From: Gemmatimonadaceae bacterium
GTDB taxonomy: Bacteria > Gemmatimonadota > Gemmatimonadetes > Gemmatimonadales > Gemmatimonadaceae
NCBI GenBank assembly: GCA_040901985.1
Contig: JBBDYC010000017.1
Span: 1 to 64,000, forward strand
Length of the DNA stretch: 64,000 bases
Direction: 5' to 3'
Shown: positions 21,044 to 31,220 of the stretch, piece by piece
Position numbering within the stretch: position 1 is the first letter of the stretch
How the letters are laid out: every line of letters begins with the position of its first letter
The notes under the pieces: generated by a model
What the model saw: only the letters and a program-made list of their open reading frames with translations
Database searches by the model: none
What the model was told of the DNA's origin: nothing
Made by a program: the position numbers and the translations under genes

Positions 21044-22720
21044 ATGTCACAGCTTGGTCGCCTTCCCACGATCGCCGCGCTCCTCGCGCTTGCCGCAGGG
21101 CCGCTCGAGGCGCAGCAGCCGGCCGCCGACCTCGTTGTCGTCAACGGCCGCATCTACACGGCGGACGGCGCCCGCCCGATCGTTGACGCGATGGCGATCC
21201 GCGGCGGCCGGATCGTCTTCGTCGGCGACGTTGCCGGTGCGAGGGCCCTCGTCGGCCCGCGCACCGAGACGCTCGACCTCGCCGGCCGCACGGTCATCCC
21301 GGGGATGACCGACGCGCACGCGCACGTCGCCGGCATCGGCCAGGCGCTCCGCACGGTCAACCTCGTCGGGACCACGTCGTACGACGCGGTGATTGCGCGC
21401 GTGGTCGAGCGCGCGCGCACCACGCCGCGGGGGGAGTGGATCACCGGACGCGGCTGGGACCAGAACGACTGGGGCGCGACCGCGTTCCCGACCCACGAGG
21501 CGCTCACGCGGGCCGTCCCCGACCACCCGGTCTACCTGACCCGTGTGGACGGCCACGCCGCGTTGGCGAACGCGCGCGCGATGCAGGGCGCCGGCCTCAC
21601 GCGCGCCACGGCCGACCCGAGCGGCGGGTCAATCGAGCGCGACGTGAGCGGCGAGCCGACCGGCGTCCTCATTGACAACGCGATGCGGCTCGTCGGCCGC
21701 TCGGTCCCTGCGCCGACGCGCGCGCAGGTCAAGGAGTCCATCCGCGCGGCGATCGCCGAGATGCACCGCTGGGGACTCACCGGCGTCCACGACGCCGGAT
21801 CGTCGGCCCTGGTGCTCGAGCTCTACGAGGAGCTGGGCCGCGAGAACGCGCTGAACATCCGGCTCTACGCGATGATCTCCGACCACGCGCCGACGATTGA
21901 CGCCTGGTTCCGGCGCGGCCCGCAGAGCGGCCTGCACGACGGGATGCTCTGGGTGCGTTCGGTCAAGCTCTACCAGGACGGCGCGCTCGGGTCGCGCGGC
22001 GCCGCCCTCCTCGAGCCCTATAGCGACGACGCGCGCACGTCGGGACTCCTCGTCTCCCAACCGGCGCACATCGAGGAGATTGCCCGCCGGGCGCTCGCGG
22101 CGGGCTTCCAGGTGAATACGCACGCAATCGGCGACCGCGGCAACCGACTGGTGCTCGACTCGTACGAGGCCGCGCTCCGGGCGCGCCCGACCGCCGACCA
22201 CCGCTTTCGCGTCGAGCACGCGCAGATCATCCACTATGACGACATCCCGCGCTTTGCCGCGCTGGGCGTGATCCCGTCAATGCAGGCGTCGCACCAGACG
22301 AGCGACATGTACTGGGCGGGCGCGCGGCTCGGCGAGACGCGACTCCGCGGCGCCTACGCCTGGCGGTCGCTCCTCGCGAGCAACGTGATCATCCCGAACG
22401 GATCCGACGCGCCGGTGGAGTCGGTGAACCCGCTCATCTCGTTCAGCGCCTCGGTGTCGCGGCAGGACCGGCACGGCTGGCCGGCCGGCGGCTGGTTCCC
22501 CGAGCAGCGGATGACGCGTGACGAGGCCCTGCGCTCGATGACGCTCTGGCCTGCCTATGCCGCGTTCCAGGAGCAGGAACTCGGCTCGCTGACGATCGGC
22601 AAGCGCGCCGACTTCGTCGTCCTCGACCAGGACATCCTGCGCGTGCCGGCCGAGGTGCTGCTCGACACGCAGGTGCTCTCGACCTGGGTCGGTGGGCGAC
22701 GCGTCCACGAGCGGAAGTAG
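21044..22720 (+). CDS. Secreted amidohydrolase (YtcJ/Amidohydro_3)
   Basis: PGMTDAHAH, GRGWDQNDW, DGALGSRGA, HAIGD, RVEHAQ, GSDAPVE. Confidence 0.92.
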   Translation: MSQLGRLPTIAALLALAAGPLEAQQPAADLVVVNGRIYTADGARPIVDAMAIRGGRIVFVGDVAGARALVGPRTETLDLAGRTVIPGMTDAHAHVAGIGQALRTVNLVGTTSYDAVIARVVERARTTPRGEWITGRGWDQNDWGATAFPTHEALTRAVPDHPVYLTRVDGHAALANARAMQGAGLTRATADPSGGSIERDVSGEPTGVLIDNAMRLVGRSVPAPTRAQVKESIRAAIAEMHRWGLTGVHDAGSSALVLELYEELGRENALNIRLYAMISDHAPTIDAWFRRGPQSGLHDGMLWVRSVKLYQDGALGSRGAALLEPYSDDARTSGLLVSQPAHIEEIARRALAAGFQVNTHAIGDRGNRLVLDSYEAALRARPTADHRFRVEHAQIIHYDDIPRFAALGVIPSMQASHQTSDMYWAGARLGETRLRGAYAWRSLLASNVIIPNGSDAPVESVNPLISFSASVSRQDRHGWPAGGWFPEQRMTRDEALRSMTLWPAYAAFQEQELGSLTIGKRADFVVLDQDILRVPAEVLLDTQVLSTWVGGRRVHERK

Positions 22721-22765
22721 CCCGGTGCCCTCGCTCGCGCTCCTCCCGGTCCCGCGCGAGCGGCT

Positions 22766-23686
22766 ATGACCCGGGTGGTCTCGCTGCTGCCGGCGGCGAC
22801 GGAGATCGTCGCCGCCCTCGGCGCGGCGGATCGCCTGGTCGGCGTGACCCACGAGTGCGACCACCCGCCCGAGGTGACGTCGCTTCCCCGCGTGACGACA
22901 TCGGCGGTGGATGCCCGCGCCGACGCGGCCGACGTGGACGCAGCGGTCCGCACGCTGGCCGGATCGGGTGGCGCGCTCTTCCGGCTGCTTGAGGAGCGGA
23001 TCCGGGAGCTGGCCCCGGACTTGATCCTGACCCAGGCGCTCTGCGAGGTCTGCGCGGTGATGGAGGGCGACGTGCGCGCGCTCGCCGCGCGCCTCTCGCC
23101 CTCGCCGCGCGTAATCACGCTCGCGGCGACATCGCTCGACTCGGTGCTCGAGGACATAATCGTGGTCGGCGCGGCGCTGGACGCCGCAGACGAGGCGGAG
23201 GAAGTCGTGGCGGGCGCGCGAGCCCGGATGCGACGGGTCCACGGGACGCTCAAGGCGGCGCACGCACCGCGGCCGCGCGTGGCAGTGATCGAGTGGACGG
23301 CGCCGCCCTACGCGGCGGGCCATTGGGTCCCCGAGATGGTGAGGCGCGCCGGCGGCGTGGACGTCCTCGCCGCGCCGGGCGCGCATTCGGTGGCCGTCAC
23401 CGCCGACGCCGTGGCGGCCGCCGATCCGGAGGTAGTCGTCCTGGCGCCGTGCGGCTACGGCCTCGCGCGCGCCGTTGCCGAAGGCGCGCAACTCCTCGCC
23501 CGCCCTGAGTGGGTGTGGGCGCGCGAGCGGCGCGTCTGGGCCATTGATGCCAACGCGTTCACGAGCCGGCCGGGGCCACGCCTGGTCCACGGCGTCGAAC
23601 TCCTCGCGCGGTGCTTCCATCCGACGCTCTTCTCCACCGCCGACCGACGCGCCGTCCAGCCGCTCACCGCGGCCGCCGCGCACTGA
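22766..23686 (+). CDS. BtuF-like cobalamin/iron-siderophore binding protein
   Basis: VVSLLPAATEIV, GVTHECD, TQALCEVCAV, GHWVPEM, PCG, SRPGPRL. Confidence 0.85.
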   Translation: MTRVVSLLPAATEIVAALGAADRLVGVTHECDHPPEVTSLPRVTTSAVDARADAADVDAAVRTLAGSGGALFRLLEERIRELAPDLILTQALCEVCAVMEGDVRALAARLSPSPRVITLAATSLDSVLEDIIVVGAALDAADEAEEVVAGARARMRRVHGTLKAAHAPRPRVAVIEWTAPPYAAGHWVPEMVRRAGGVDVLAAPGAHSVAVTADAVAAADPEVVVLAPCGYGLARAVAEGAQLLARPEWVWARERRVWAIDANAFTSRPGPRLVHGVELLARCFHPTLFSTADRRAVQPLTAAAAH

Positions 23687-23768
23687 CGCGCGCTTCGTCT
23701 GGTATCTGCCGGAGCGGTCTGGTAAGATTCGTCCGATGCCCACGATACGCGCTCGCTCGCCTTGGACG

Positions 23769-25052
23769 ATGCTCCCTCGCCACCTTGTTCTCGCCGCGCT
23801 CGCCCTCGGCGCGTGCCGGGCACCGATTGCGGATCCGGCGCTGCTCTCGGACGCCCCGGGGACCGCTGCCGCACTGCGCGCCGACATCGCCTGGCTCGCC
23901 GACGACGCCCGCGAGGGGCGCGGCACCGGGACCGCCGGCCACGACTCGGCGGCGGCATTCGTCGCCCGGCGCCACGCCGCGCTCGGCATCGCCGCCGCGC
24001 CCGGACTCGGCGGCTATCTCCAGCCCTTCGTCGCGCGCACCGTGCCGACCCGCGGCGCGGCGCCGATCGCACTCGCCACGCAGAACGTCGTCGCGCTGAT
24101 CCCGGGACGCGATCCGGCGCTCGCCGGCGAATACGTCGTGCTCGGCGCGCACCTCGACCATCTCGGACGCGGGACCGTCGGCGCGCTCGACCCCGAGGCC
24201 GGGGCGGCGATCCGCAACGGGGCCGACGACAACGCCTCGGGCAGCGTCGCGATTCTCGAACTCGCCCGGCGCTTCCGGCTCGCGCCGGGGCGCCGCTCGA
24301 TTCTTATCGTACACTTCAGCGGCGAGGAGTTGGGACTGCTCGGCTCGCAGTACTTCGTGGACAACAGCCCGGTGCCGCTGGCCAGCATCCAAGCGATGCT
24401 GAACTTCGATATGGTCGGTCGGCTCAAGAACGACCGGTTGATCGTCTATGGCGTCGGCACGGCGGCCGAGCTGCCGGCGCTGGTGGACAGCGTGAGCGCG
24501 GGCTCGGGGCTCGTCGTGAACAAGGTCCCCGACGGCATCGGCCCGTCGGACCACGCGTCGTTCCACACGAAGGATGTTCCGGTGCTTCACTTCTTCACCG
24601 ACATCCACGAGGACTATCATCGCGCCACCGACGATGTCGGGCGGATCAACGCCGACGGGCTCTGGCGGGTGGTGAACGTCGCCGAACAGGCGGCGCGCGC
24701 GCTGGCCGACCGGCCGGGGAAGCTTCAGGTGCAGCGCACGGTGGCCTCGGTCGGAGCTCCGGCCGCGTCGCGCCAGTCGTCGGGTGTCTACCTCGGCTCG
24801 ATCCCCGACATGGGCGCGGCGGATGTCGTCGGGATGCGCCTCACCGGCGTGCGGGCCGACAGCCCCGCCGACAAGGCCGGCCTGCGCGCGGGCGACATCG
24901 TCATCGAGTTCGGCGGGAAGCCGGTGCGGGACATCTACGAGTACACCGACGCGCTCAACAGCTTCAAGCCCGACGACGTGGTGACGGTGGTCGTGCTGCG
25001 CGACGGTCAGCGCGTCACGCTGCAGGTCACGCTCGGCCGCCGCGGCAACTGA
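23769..25052 (+). CDS. M28 peptidase lipoprotein with PDZ domain
   Basis: Lipobox LGAC; GAHLDHLG, NGADDNASG, GEELGLLGS, NFDMVG, SDHASF, DYH; PDZ. Alternative start 23736. Confidence 0.92.
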   Translation: MLPRHLVLAALALGACRAPIADPALLSDAPGTAAALRADIAWLADDAREGRGTGTAGHDSAAAFVARRHAALGIAAAPGLGGYLQPFVARTVPTRGAAPIALATQNVVALIPGRDPALAGEYVVLGAHLDHLGRGTVGALDPEAGAAIRNGADDNASGSVAILELARRFRLAPGRRSILIVHFSGEELGLLGSQYFVDNSPVPLASIQAMLNFDMVGRLKNDRLIVYGVGTAAELPALVDSVSAGSGLVVNKVPDGIGPSDHASFHTKDVPVLHFFTDIHEDYHRATDDVGRINADGLWRVVNVAEQAARALADRPGKLQVQRTVASVGAPAASRQSSGVYLGSIPDMGAADVVGMRLTGVRADSPADKAGLRAGDIVIEFGGKPVRDIYEYTDALNSFKPDDVVTVVVLRDGQRVTLQVTLGRRGN

Positions 25053-25078
25053 TCACCTTCAATCCGGTCCCGACTCCA

Positions 25079-26398
25079 ATGCGCCTCGTCCTGCTGGTCC
25101 TCGCCGCGGCGATAGTTGCGCCGCTCCACGCGCAACTGCCCACCGCCGGCACCGGCACGGTCGTCCTCCGCGCCGCCCGCATCATTGACGGGACGGGCGC
25201 CGCCCCGATCACCAACGGTGTGATTGTCGTGACCGGCGACAGGATCGTCGCGGTCGGGCCGGAGCGGAGTGTACGGATCCCCGCCGGCGCGCGCCGCGTG
25301 GACCTCGGCGACGCCACGCTCCTTCCCGGCTTCATTGATATGCACGTGCACCTCCTCGGCCGCGAGATCGAGGACGCCGGCGCCTTTGACGCGTCGGTGC
25401 GCGACTACCCCGGCTTTGCCGCCGCGCTCGGCACCGAGCACGCCCGACGCACGCTGCTCGCGGGGTTCACGACGGTCCGGATGGTTGGCGCCGGCGGATT
25501 CGAGGATGTCGGCCTGCGCAAGGCGATTGACGGCGGCTACGTGAGCGGCCCGCGAATCCAGACTGCCGCGCACTCGCTCGGCATCACCGGCGGCCACTGC
25601 GACGAGAACAACTATCGCCCGGGGCTCATTGACGGGACGCCGCAGACCGGGATCGCCGACGGCGTGGACGAGGTGCGCGAGGCCGTGCGCTACCAGGTGA
25701 AGTACGGCGCCGACGTCATCAAGACCTGCGCCACCGCCGGCGTGCTCTCTGGAGGCGGCCAGTCAATTGGGGCGTCACAGTATTCGCTCGCCGAGCTCCA
25801 GGCGATGGTGGACGAGGCCCGGAAGCTCGGCCGCAAGGTCGTCGCGCACGCCCACGGCACGGAGGGGATCAAGCTCGCCACCCAGGCGGGCGTGGCGAGC
25901 ATTGACCACGGGTCGTTCCTCGACACCGAGGGCGCCCGGATGATGGCCGAGCGCGGGACCTACCTCGTGCCGACGATGATGGCCGCCGAGGCCGTGCTGC
26001 GCGCCGCCGATGCGGGGACGATGCCCGAGTACGTCGCCGTGAAGGCGCGCGCCGCCGCCGCCGCGATGCAGAATGCCACGCGGATCGCCAAGGCCGCCGG
26101 CGTGATGATCGCGCTCGGCACCGACGCGGGCGTCGGCCGCCACGGACAGAACGGACACGAGTTCACCCTGATGGTCCAGTGGGGCGGCCTGACGCCGATG
26201 GAGGCGATCGTCGCCGGGACATCCTCGGCGGCGAAGCTGCTTGGCTGGGAGGATCGGGTGGGAACGCTCGCCGAGGGACTGCTGGCCGACATCGTCGCCG
26301 TGCCGGGCGACCCGACGCTCGACGTGACGCTCCTCGAGCGGACGACCTTCGTGATGAAGGGCGGCGTCGTGTTCAAGGGCGAGGGCGCGGTCCGCTAG
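25079..26398 (+). CDS. Secreted amidohydrolase (Xaa-Pro dipeptidase-like)
   Basis: PGFIDMHVH, GGHCD, VIKTCAT, AHAHG, SIDHG, GTDAG. Confidence 0.9.
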   Translation: MRLVLLVLAAAIVAPLHAQLPTAGTGTVVLRAARIIDGTGAAPITNGVIVVTGDRIVAVGPERSVRIPAGARRVDLGDATLLPGFIDMHVHLLGREIEDAGAFDASVRDYPGFAAALGTEHARRTLLAGFTTVRMVGAGGFEDVGLRKAIDGGYVSGPRIQTAAHSLGITGGHCDENNYRPGLIDGTPQTGIADGVDEVREAVRYQVKYGADVIKTCATAGVLSGGGQSIGASQYSLAELQAMVDEARKLGRKVVAHAHGTEGIKLATQAGVASIDHGSFLDTEGARMMAERGTYLVPTMMAAEAVLRAADAGTMPEYVAVKARAAAAAMQNATRIAKAAGVMIALGTDAGVGRHGQNGHEFTLMVQWGGLTPMEAIVAGTSSAAKLLGWEDRVGTLAEGLLADIVAVPGDPTLDVTLLERTTFVMKGGVVFKGEGAVR

Positions 26399-26402
26399 CG
26401 AC

Positions 26403-27296
26403 GTGCCCCCGATCCCGCCCCCGGACGCTGAAGGGCTGACCAGCCGCACGGCGCTCCCGCTCTACTGGTGCCGCTACGGACCGCCTGAGCCGCGTAGCCG
26501 GATGGTGGTCCTGCACGGCGGCCCCGGCGCCGACCATCGGTACCTCCTGCCGCAGTGCCTCACACTCGCCGACGAACGCGAATGCCTGTTCTACGACCAG
26601 CGCGGCGGCGGACGCTCGCAGACCGAGGACCGGACGCCGATCACCTGGCACACCCACGTCGTGGATCTCGCGGCGCTCCTCGGCGAACTGGCGCCCGGAC
26701 CGCCGACGCTCGTCGGGTATTCGTGGGGCGGACTCCTCGCGATGCTCTACACAATCGAGTCGGCGGCCGGCCGTGCCGGACCCGTGCCCCGGCGTCTGGT
26801 GCTCCTCGACCCCGCACCGGTCACCCGCGACTTCCGACGCGCCTTCGAAACGGAGTTTGACCGTCGGCAGGCGGACCCGAAAGTCGCGGCGCGGCGCGCC
26901 GAGCTCGCGGCGAGCGGTCTCCGGGAACGGGACCTCGCCGCGTTCAAGCAGCGGGCGTTCGAGCTCTCGGTGGCCGGCTACTTCGCCGATCCATCACGGG
27001 CCCGCGACCTCACCCCGTTCCGGGTGATCGGCCGCGTCCAGCAGTCCGTCTGGGAGTCGCTCGGCGATTACGACCTGCTTCCGCAGCTGCGAGCCCTGCG
27101 GGTACCGACGCTCGTCGTCCACGGGAGGCAGGATCCGATACCTTTGGCCTCGTCGGCGGCGGCCGCCGAAGCGCTACGCGCCGAGACGGTCTGGCTGGAT
27201 GACTGCGGCCACGTGCCGTATGTTGAACGACCCGAGGCGCTCTTTGCGGCGGTCCGCGGGTTCCTGGCGCGGACCGAGTCCCTCAGCTCCCCTTGA
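26403..27296 (+). CDS. Alpha/beta hydrolase (proline iminopeptidase-like)
   Basis: LHGGPG, YDQRGGGRS, GYSWGG, GRQD, CGH. Confidence 0.88.
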   Translation: MPPIPPPDAEGLTSRTALPLYWCRYGPPEPRSRMVVLHGGPGADHRYLLPQCLTLADERECLFYDQRGGGRSQTEDRTPITWHTHVVDLAALLGELAPGPPTLVGYSWGGLLAMLYTIESAAGRAGPVPRRLVLLDPAPVTRDFRRAFETEFDRRQADPKVAARRAELAASGLRERDLAAFKQRAFELSVAGYFADPSRARDLTPFRVIGRVQQSVWESLGDYDLLPQLRALRVPTLVVHGRQDPIPLASSAAAAEALRAETVWLDDCGHVPYVERPEALFAAVRGFLARTESLSSP

Positions 27297-27297
27297 G

Positions 27298-27753
27298 ATG
27301 GCATCGCACGACGAGATCATCCAGCCACACGTGACGGCCATCGAGAGCGAGGGTCGCCGGTACAACGTGTCGGTACGGGTGATCTTCGACGGGATTGAGT
27401 ACGTTGGCCGCCTCTGGTTCGCCGACGAGACGTGGGACGATCTCGGGATCCCCGACCGCGGCGCCCTCCCGGGCCGGTCGCGCGAGGAAGTGATTGCGCT
27501 CGCCAAGCGGCTGACCGCGCCCGAACTCATCCGGCGGTACAAGCGCGCCCAGGCCGAGAAGCGCCGCTTCCTCGGACTGCGCAAGCACACCGACGACATC
27601 CTCGCGAAGATCCGCTACCTGAACCAGGTGGCGATCTCGATGCGGGCCGGGCTGCTGGATGTCGAAGGCGCGGCGCAGGAGATTGACCTCACCGAGAAGC
27701 AGTTGCACGGGTTGATCGACCACATTTCCGAGCACGCAGGCAAGGAAGAGTAG
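27298..27753 (+). CDS. Hypothetical protein
   Basis: Coherent 151-aa ORF with host-like codon use, in operon context. Confidence 0.7.
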   Translation: MASHDEIIQPHVTAIESEGRRYNVSVRVIFDGIEYVGRLWFADETWDDLGIPDRGALPGRSREEVIALAKRLTAPELIRRYKRAQAEKRRFLGLRKHTDDILAKIRYLNQVAISMRAGLLDVEGAAQEIDLTEKQLHGLIDHISEHAGKEE

Positions 27754-27818
27754 AAGTGCGGGAGCGGTACCCGGTACGGCGCTCCCCTCCCCTCTCCCAC
27801 GGTGCGCCAGTAGCTTGA

Positions 27819-29552
27819 GTGATGGACACGCGCGCGGCCGCCCACCTCCTCCACGAGATTGTCGCCCTGCTCGAACTGCAGGGCGAGGACGCCACGGTGG
27901 CCGCGCCTTTCACCGAGGCCGCGCGGTCGCTCTCGGCGCTGGAGTCGCGGCCGCTCGCTGAGGTCCTGAAGCGCGACCGACGGCGCTTCGCCCCCGAGGC
28001 CGTGGAGGTGCTCGAGGAACTGTCCGCGCAAGGCGACGCGACGATTCTCGACCGGCTACGGGAGTCCACGCCGGAGGGACTCTTCGAGATGATGCGAGTG
28101 CCAGGGCTGGGGCCGTCGCGCATCCGGCGCATCCACGAGGGGCTGGGGCTCGACACGCTCCAGGAGCTCGAGGACGCGGCCCGCGACGGCCGGCTCTCCA
28201 AGCTCCCCCGATTCGGCGAACGGATGGCGGAGCAGGTGCTGCGCGGGATTGCCTGGTTGAAGGAGAGCGGCGCCGAGGTACTCCTGCCGCACGGCCGCGC
28301 GGAAGCGGAGCGGCTGCTGGCGGCGGTGCGGCGCCAACCCGGGGTGGTGCGAGCCGAGATTGCCGGCGCGGTCCGTCGGCATTGCGAGACGGTGCGCGAG
28401 GTGGAGATCGTCGCCGCCTGCGCCAAGCCGCCCGAAGCGGTCGCCGCCGCGTTCGCGCGCGTCCCCGGCGTGCGCGACTCGATCGGCAGCGGCACGCGCG
28501 AGGTCTCGATTCGCTTCGACGACGGGATGCGCCTCCTGCTCCGCTGTGTGCCGAGCGCCGAGTTCGTCGTGACCTGGTTCCGGGCCACCGGCGTTGACGC
28601 GCACGTACAGGAGGTCGCCGCGCGCGCCGCCCGGCGCGGACTCACGCTCGGCCTGCACGACCTGCGCGACGCCGGGGGCCGCGTGCTCGAGCTGGCCGAC
28701 GAGCCGGCGCTCTACGCGGCAATCGGCCTGCCGTGGCTCCCTCCGGAGCTGCGCGAAGGGATGGGCGAGGCCGACGCCGCCGCGGCGGGCAGGCTCCCCG
28801 AACTCATCACGCTCGCCGATATCCGCGGCGTCCTGCACTGCCACTCGCAGTATTCCGATGGCGGCGCCACGATTGCCGAGCTCGCGGCCGACGCGCGCCG
28901 GCGAGGTTGGAGCTACCTCGGCGTCTCCGACCACTCGCAGTCGGCGTTCTACGCGGGTGGCCTCACCGCCGACTCGCTCGCCCGGCAGCACGAGGAGATT
29001 GACGCAATCAACGCGTCGTTCTCTGACTTCCGCGTGCTCAAGGGGGTCGAGGCCGACATCCTGCCCTGCGGCCGGATTGACTATCCGGTCGAGGTGCTCG
29101 ATCGGTTCGACTACGTGATTGCCTCGGTGCACTCGCGCTTCGGGATGAACGAGACGCAGATGACCGACCGCGTGCTGAAGGCGCTCGACGATCCGCATAT
29201 GGCGGTGCTCGGGCACCCGACCGGACGGCTCCTGCTCACGCGCGAGCCATATGCCATTGATATGGACGCGGTGCTCGCGCGCGCCGGGGCGCTCGGCGTG
29301 GCGGTCGAGCTCAACGCCGACCCGCATCGGCTCGACCTCGACTGGCGTCTCGCGCGGCTGGCCAGCCGGCACGGCGCCCGGATCGAGATCGGCCCCGACG
29401 CACACTCGGTGGACGGGCTCGAGAACATGGCGCTCGGCATCGGGATGGCGCGGAAGGCGTGGCTCGCCGCTGACGACGTGATCAACACGCGGAGCGTGGC
29501 GGAGGTCGTGTCGTTCGCGACGCGGCGCCGCCTCGCGCCCACGAGCGCGTGA
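27819..29552 (+). CDS. polX: PolX-PHP protein with degenerate polymerase site
   Basis: HhH VPGLGP, GAVRR..ETVREVEI, PPELRE; PHP ligands HCHS.YSDG, SDHS, SVH, GHPTGR, DAH. Confidence 0.9.
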   Translation: MMDTRAAAHLLHEIVALLELQGEDATVAAPFTEAARSLSALESRPLAEVLKRDRRRFAPEAVEVLEELSAQGDATILDRLRESTPEGLFEMMRVPGLGPSRIRRIHEGLGLDTLQELEDAARDGRLSKLPRFGERMAEQVLRGIAWLKESGAEVLLPHGRAEAERLLAAVRRQPGVVRAEIAGAVRRHCETVREVEIVAACAKPPEAVAAAFARVPGVRDSIGSGTREVSIRFDDGMRLLLRCVPSAEFVVTWFRATGVDAHVQEVAARAARRGLTLGLHDLRDAGGRVLELADEPALYAAIGLPWLPPELREGMGEADAAAAGRLPELITLADIRGVLHCHSQYSDGGATIAELAADARRRGWSYLGVSDHSQSAFYAGGLTADSLARQHEEIDAINASFSDFRVLKGVEADILPCGRIDYPVEVLDRFDYVIASVHSRFGMNETQMTDRVLKALDDPHMAVLGHPTGRLLLTREPYAIDMDAVLARAGALGVAVELNADPHRLDLDWRLARLASRHGARIEIGPDAHSVDGLENMALGIGMARKAWLAADDVINTRSVAEVVSFATRRRLAPTSA

Positions 29553-30181
29553 CGCTCCGCGCCCACGCGCGGCGCATCCAGCGCCGGCTCGTTGCTGCCT
29601 ACCCGACCGCACACTGCGAACTCGACCACCGCAATGCGTTCGAGCTCGCCGTGGCGACGATTCTCTCGGCGCAGTGCACCGACAAGCGGGTGAACCTCGT
29701 CACCCCGACGCTCTTTTCGCGCTGGCCGGACCCAGCGGCGCTCGCCGCCGCGCCGCTCGGCGAGATAGAGGACGTCATCCGCAGCACGGGCTTCTTCCGT
29801 AACAAGGCGAAGTCGCTCTCCGGACTCGCCCACGCGCTCCTCGAGCATCACGGCGGCGAAGTGCCTGCCGAGATGGACGCCCTCGTCGCCCTGCCGGGCA
29901 TCGGCCGGAAGACAGCGAACGTGATCCTCGGAAACGCCTTCGGCCGCAACGAGGGCATCGCCGTGGACACGCACGTCCAGCGCCTCGCCGGCCGGTTTGG
30001 CCTCACCCGCGAGACCGACGCGGTGAAGGTCGAGCGTGCCCTGATGCCCCTCTTTCCGCGCAAGAGTTGGGCGATGCTCTCCCACCTGATGATCTGGCAC
30101 GGCCGCCGCACCTGCGACGCGCGCAAGCCACGCTGCAACGACTGTGTCCTCGCTGACATCTGCCCGTCCGCCAACCCCTGA
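29549..30181 (+). CDS. nth: Endonuclease III
   Basis: LSAQCTDKRVN, LPGIGRKTANV, VDTHV, C-X6-C-X2-C-X5-C 4Fe-4S motif. Confidence 0.96.
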   Translation: MTLRAHARRIQRRLVAAYPTAHCELDHRNAFELAVATILSAQCTDKRVNLVTPTLFSRWPDPAALAAAPLGEIEDVIRSTGFFRNKAKSLSGLAHALLEHHGGEVPAEMDALVALPGIGRKTANVILGNAFGRNEGIAVDTHVQRLAGRFGLTRETDAVKVERALMPLFPRKSWAMLSHLMIWHGRRTCDARKPRCNDCVLADICPSANP

Positions 30182-30192
30182 ACCTTTCCGGA

Positions 30193-30642
30193 ATGTCCCC
30201 CCGCACCCGCCTTCTCCTCCTCGCCGCGGTGGCCGTCGTCGTGGCCGCCTGCACCTCGACACCGCGCATCCGGAACGCCGAGTTGCTCGCCGCACCCAAG
30301 GATTCCTGCGAGCTCGCGCGCGAGGATGCCGCGCTCGACCCCCGGCTTGAGGTCGAGCGCGTGCCGATACCGATCGCGATGGTGCCGCCGCCGATTCGCC
30401 GCCCGATCCCGAGGACGGCCCTCCGCCGCGATGGAAGTTCGTCGCTCAAGGTCGAGGTCCTCGTGGACACGCTGGGGAAGGCCGATATGACCACCTTCAT
30501 CGTCATCGAGTCCACCAGCGCCTGGCTCACGACCGGCATCCGGCGGGCGATCGCGCAATGGACCTTTGAGCCGGCACTGCGCAACGGCTGCAAGGTCCCC
30601 CGCTACTATCAGTTCAGCGCAAGCTCCCCCCCGCGCCGCTAG
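30193..30642 (+). CDS. Lipoprotein with TonB C-terminal-like domain
   Basis: Lipobox [13 protein letters not shown]...WTFEPA...G..V pattern. Confidence 0.65.
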   Translation: MSPRTRLLLLAAVAVVVAACTSTPRIRNAELLAAPKDSCELAREDAALDPRLEVERVPIPIAMVPPPIRRPIPRTALRRDGSSSLKVEVLVDTLGKADMTTFIVIESTSAWLTTGIRRAIAQWTFEPALRNGCKVPRYYQFSASSPPRR

Positions 30643-30668
30643 ATTGTGGACTTGCCGTTTGCCGTTGC

Positions 30669-30716
30669 GGGGGGGGGGGGCCCCCCCCCCCCCCCCCCCA
30701 CCTCCCACCTTCCACC
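30669..30716. repeat. G12-C19 homopolymer hairpin followed by CCT(C/T)CCA heptamers
   Basis: Read directly in the intergenic region upstream of the PPIase gene. Confidence 0.75.
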
Positions 30717-30725
30717 CGCAGTTCA

Positions 30726-31184
30726 ATGAAGACCGTCACCTTCGAGACGAACAAGGGCACGATCACCGCCGAGCTGCACGAGAAGGACGCGCCGGGCGCC
30801 GTCGCCAACTTCGAGAAGCTCGCCAACGCGAACTTCTACGACGGCATCCGTTTCCATCGCGTGATCCCGGACTTCGTCGTGCAGGGCGGCTGTCCCAACG
30901 CCAGGATCGGCGGCACCCCCAAGGGCGCGCCAGGCACCGGCGGCCCGGGGTGGACCATCAAGTGCGAGACGGCCGGCAATCCCCAGACGCACAAGGTCGG
31001 CGCGCTTTCGATGGCGCACGCCGGCAAGGACACCGGCGGGTCACAGTTCTTTATGGTGCTCTCCGAGGCCAACACGCGGCACCTGAACGGCGTGCACACG
31101 GTCTTCGGGCAGATCACCGCCGGGCTGGACGTGATGAAGCAACTGACGGACAAGGATCAGATGGTGTTGGTGCGCGTCAGCTGA
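30726..31184 (+). CDS. Cyclophilin-type peptidyl-prolyl isomerase
   Basis: [44 protein letters not shown]. Confidence 0.95.
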   Translation: MKTVTFETNKGTITAELHEKDAPGAVANFEKLANANFYDGIRFHRVIPDFVVQGGCPNARIGGTPKGAPGTGGPGWTIKCETAGNPQTHKVGALSMAHAGKDTGGSQFFMVLSEANTRHLNGVHTVFGQITAGLDVMKQLTDKDQMVLVRVS

Positions 31185-31220
31185 CGCCACGCCGGCCCTT
31201 TACCTCCAGAGGACTCCCGA

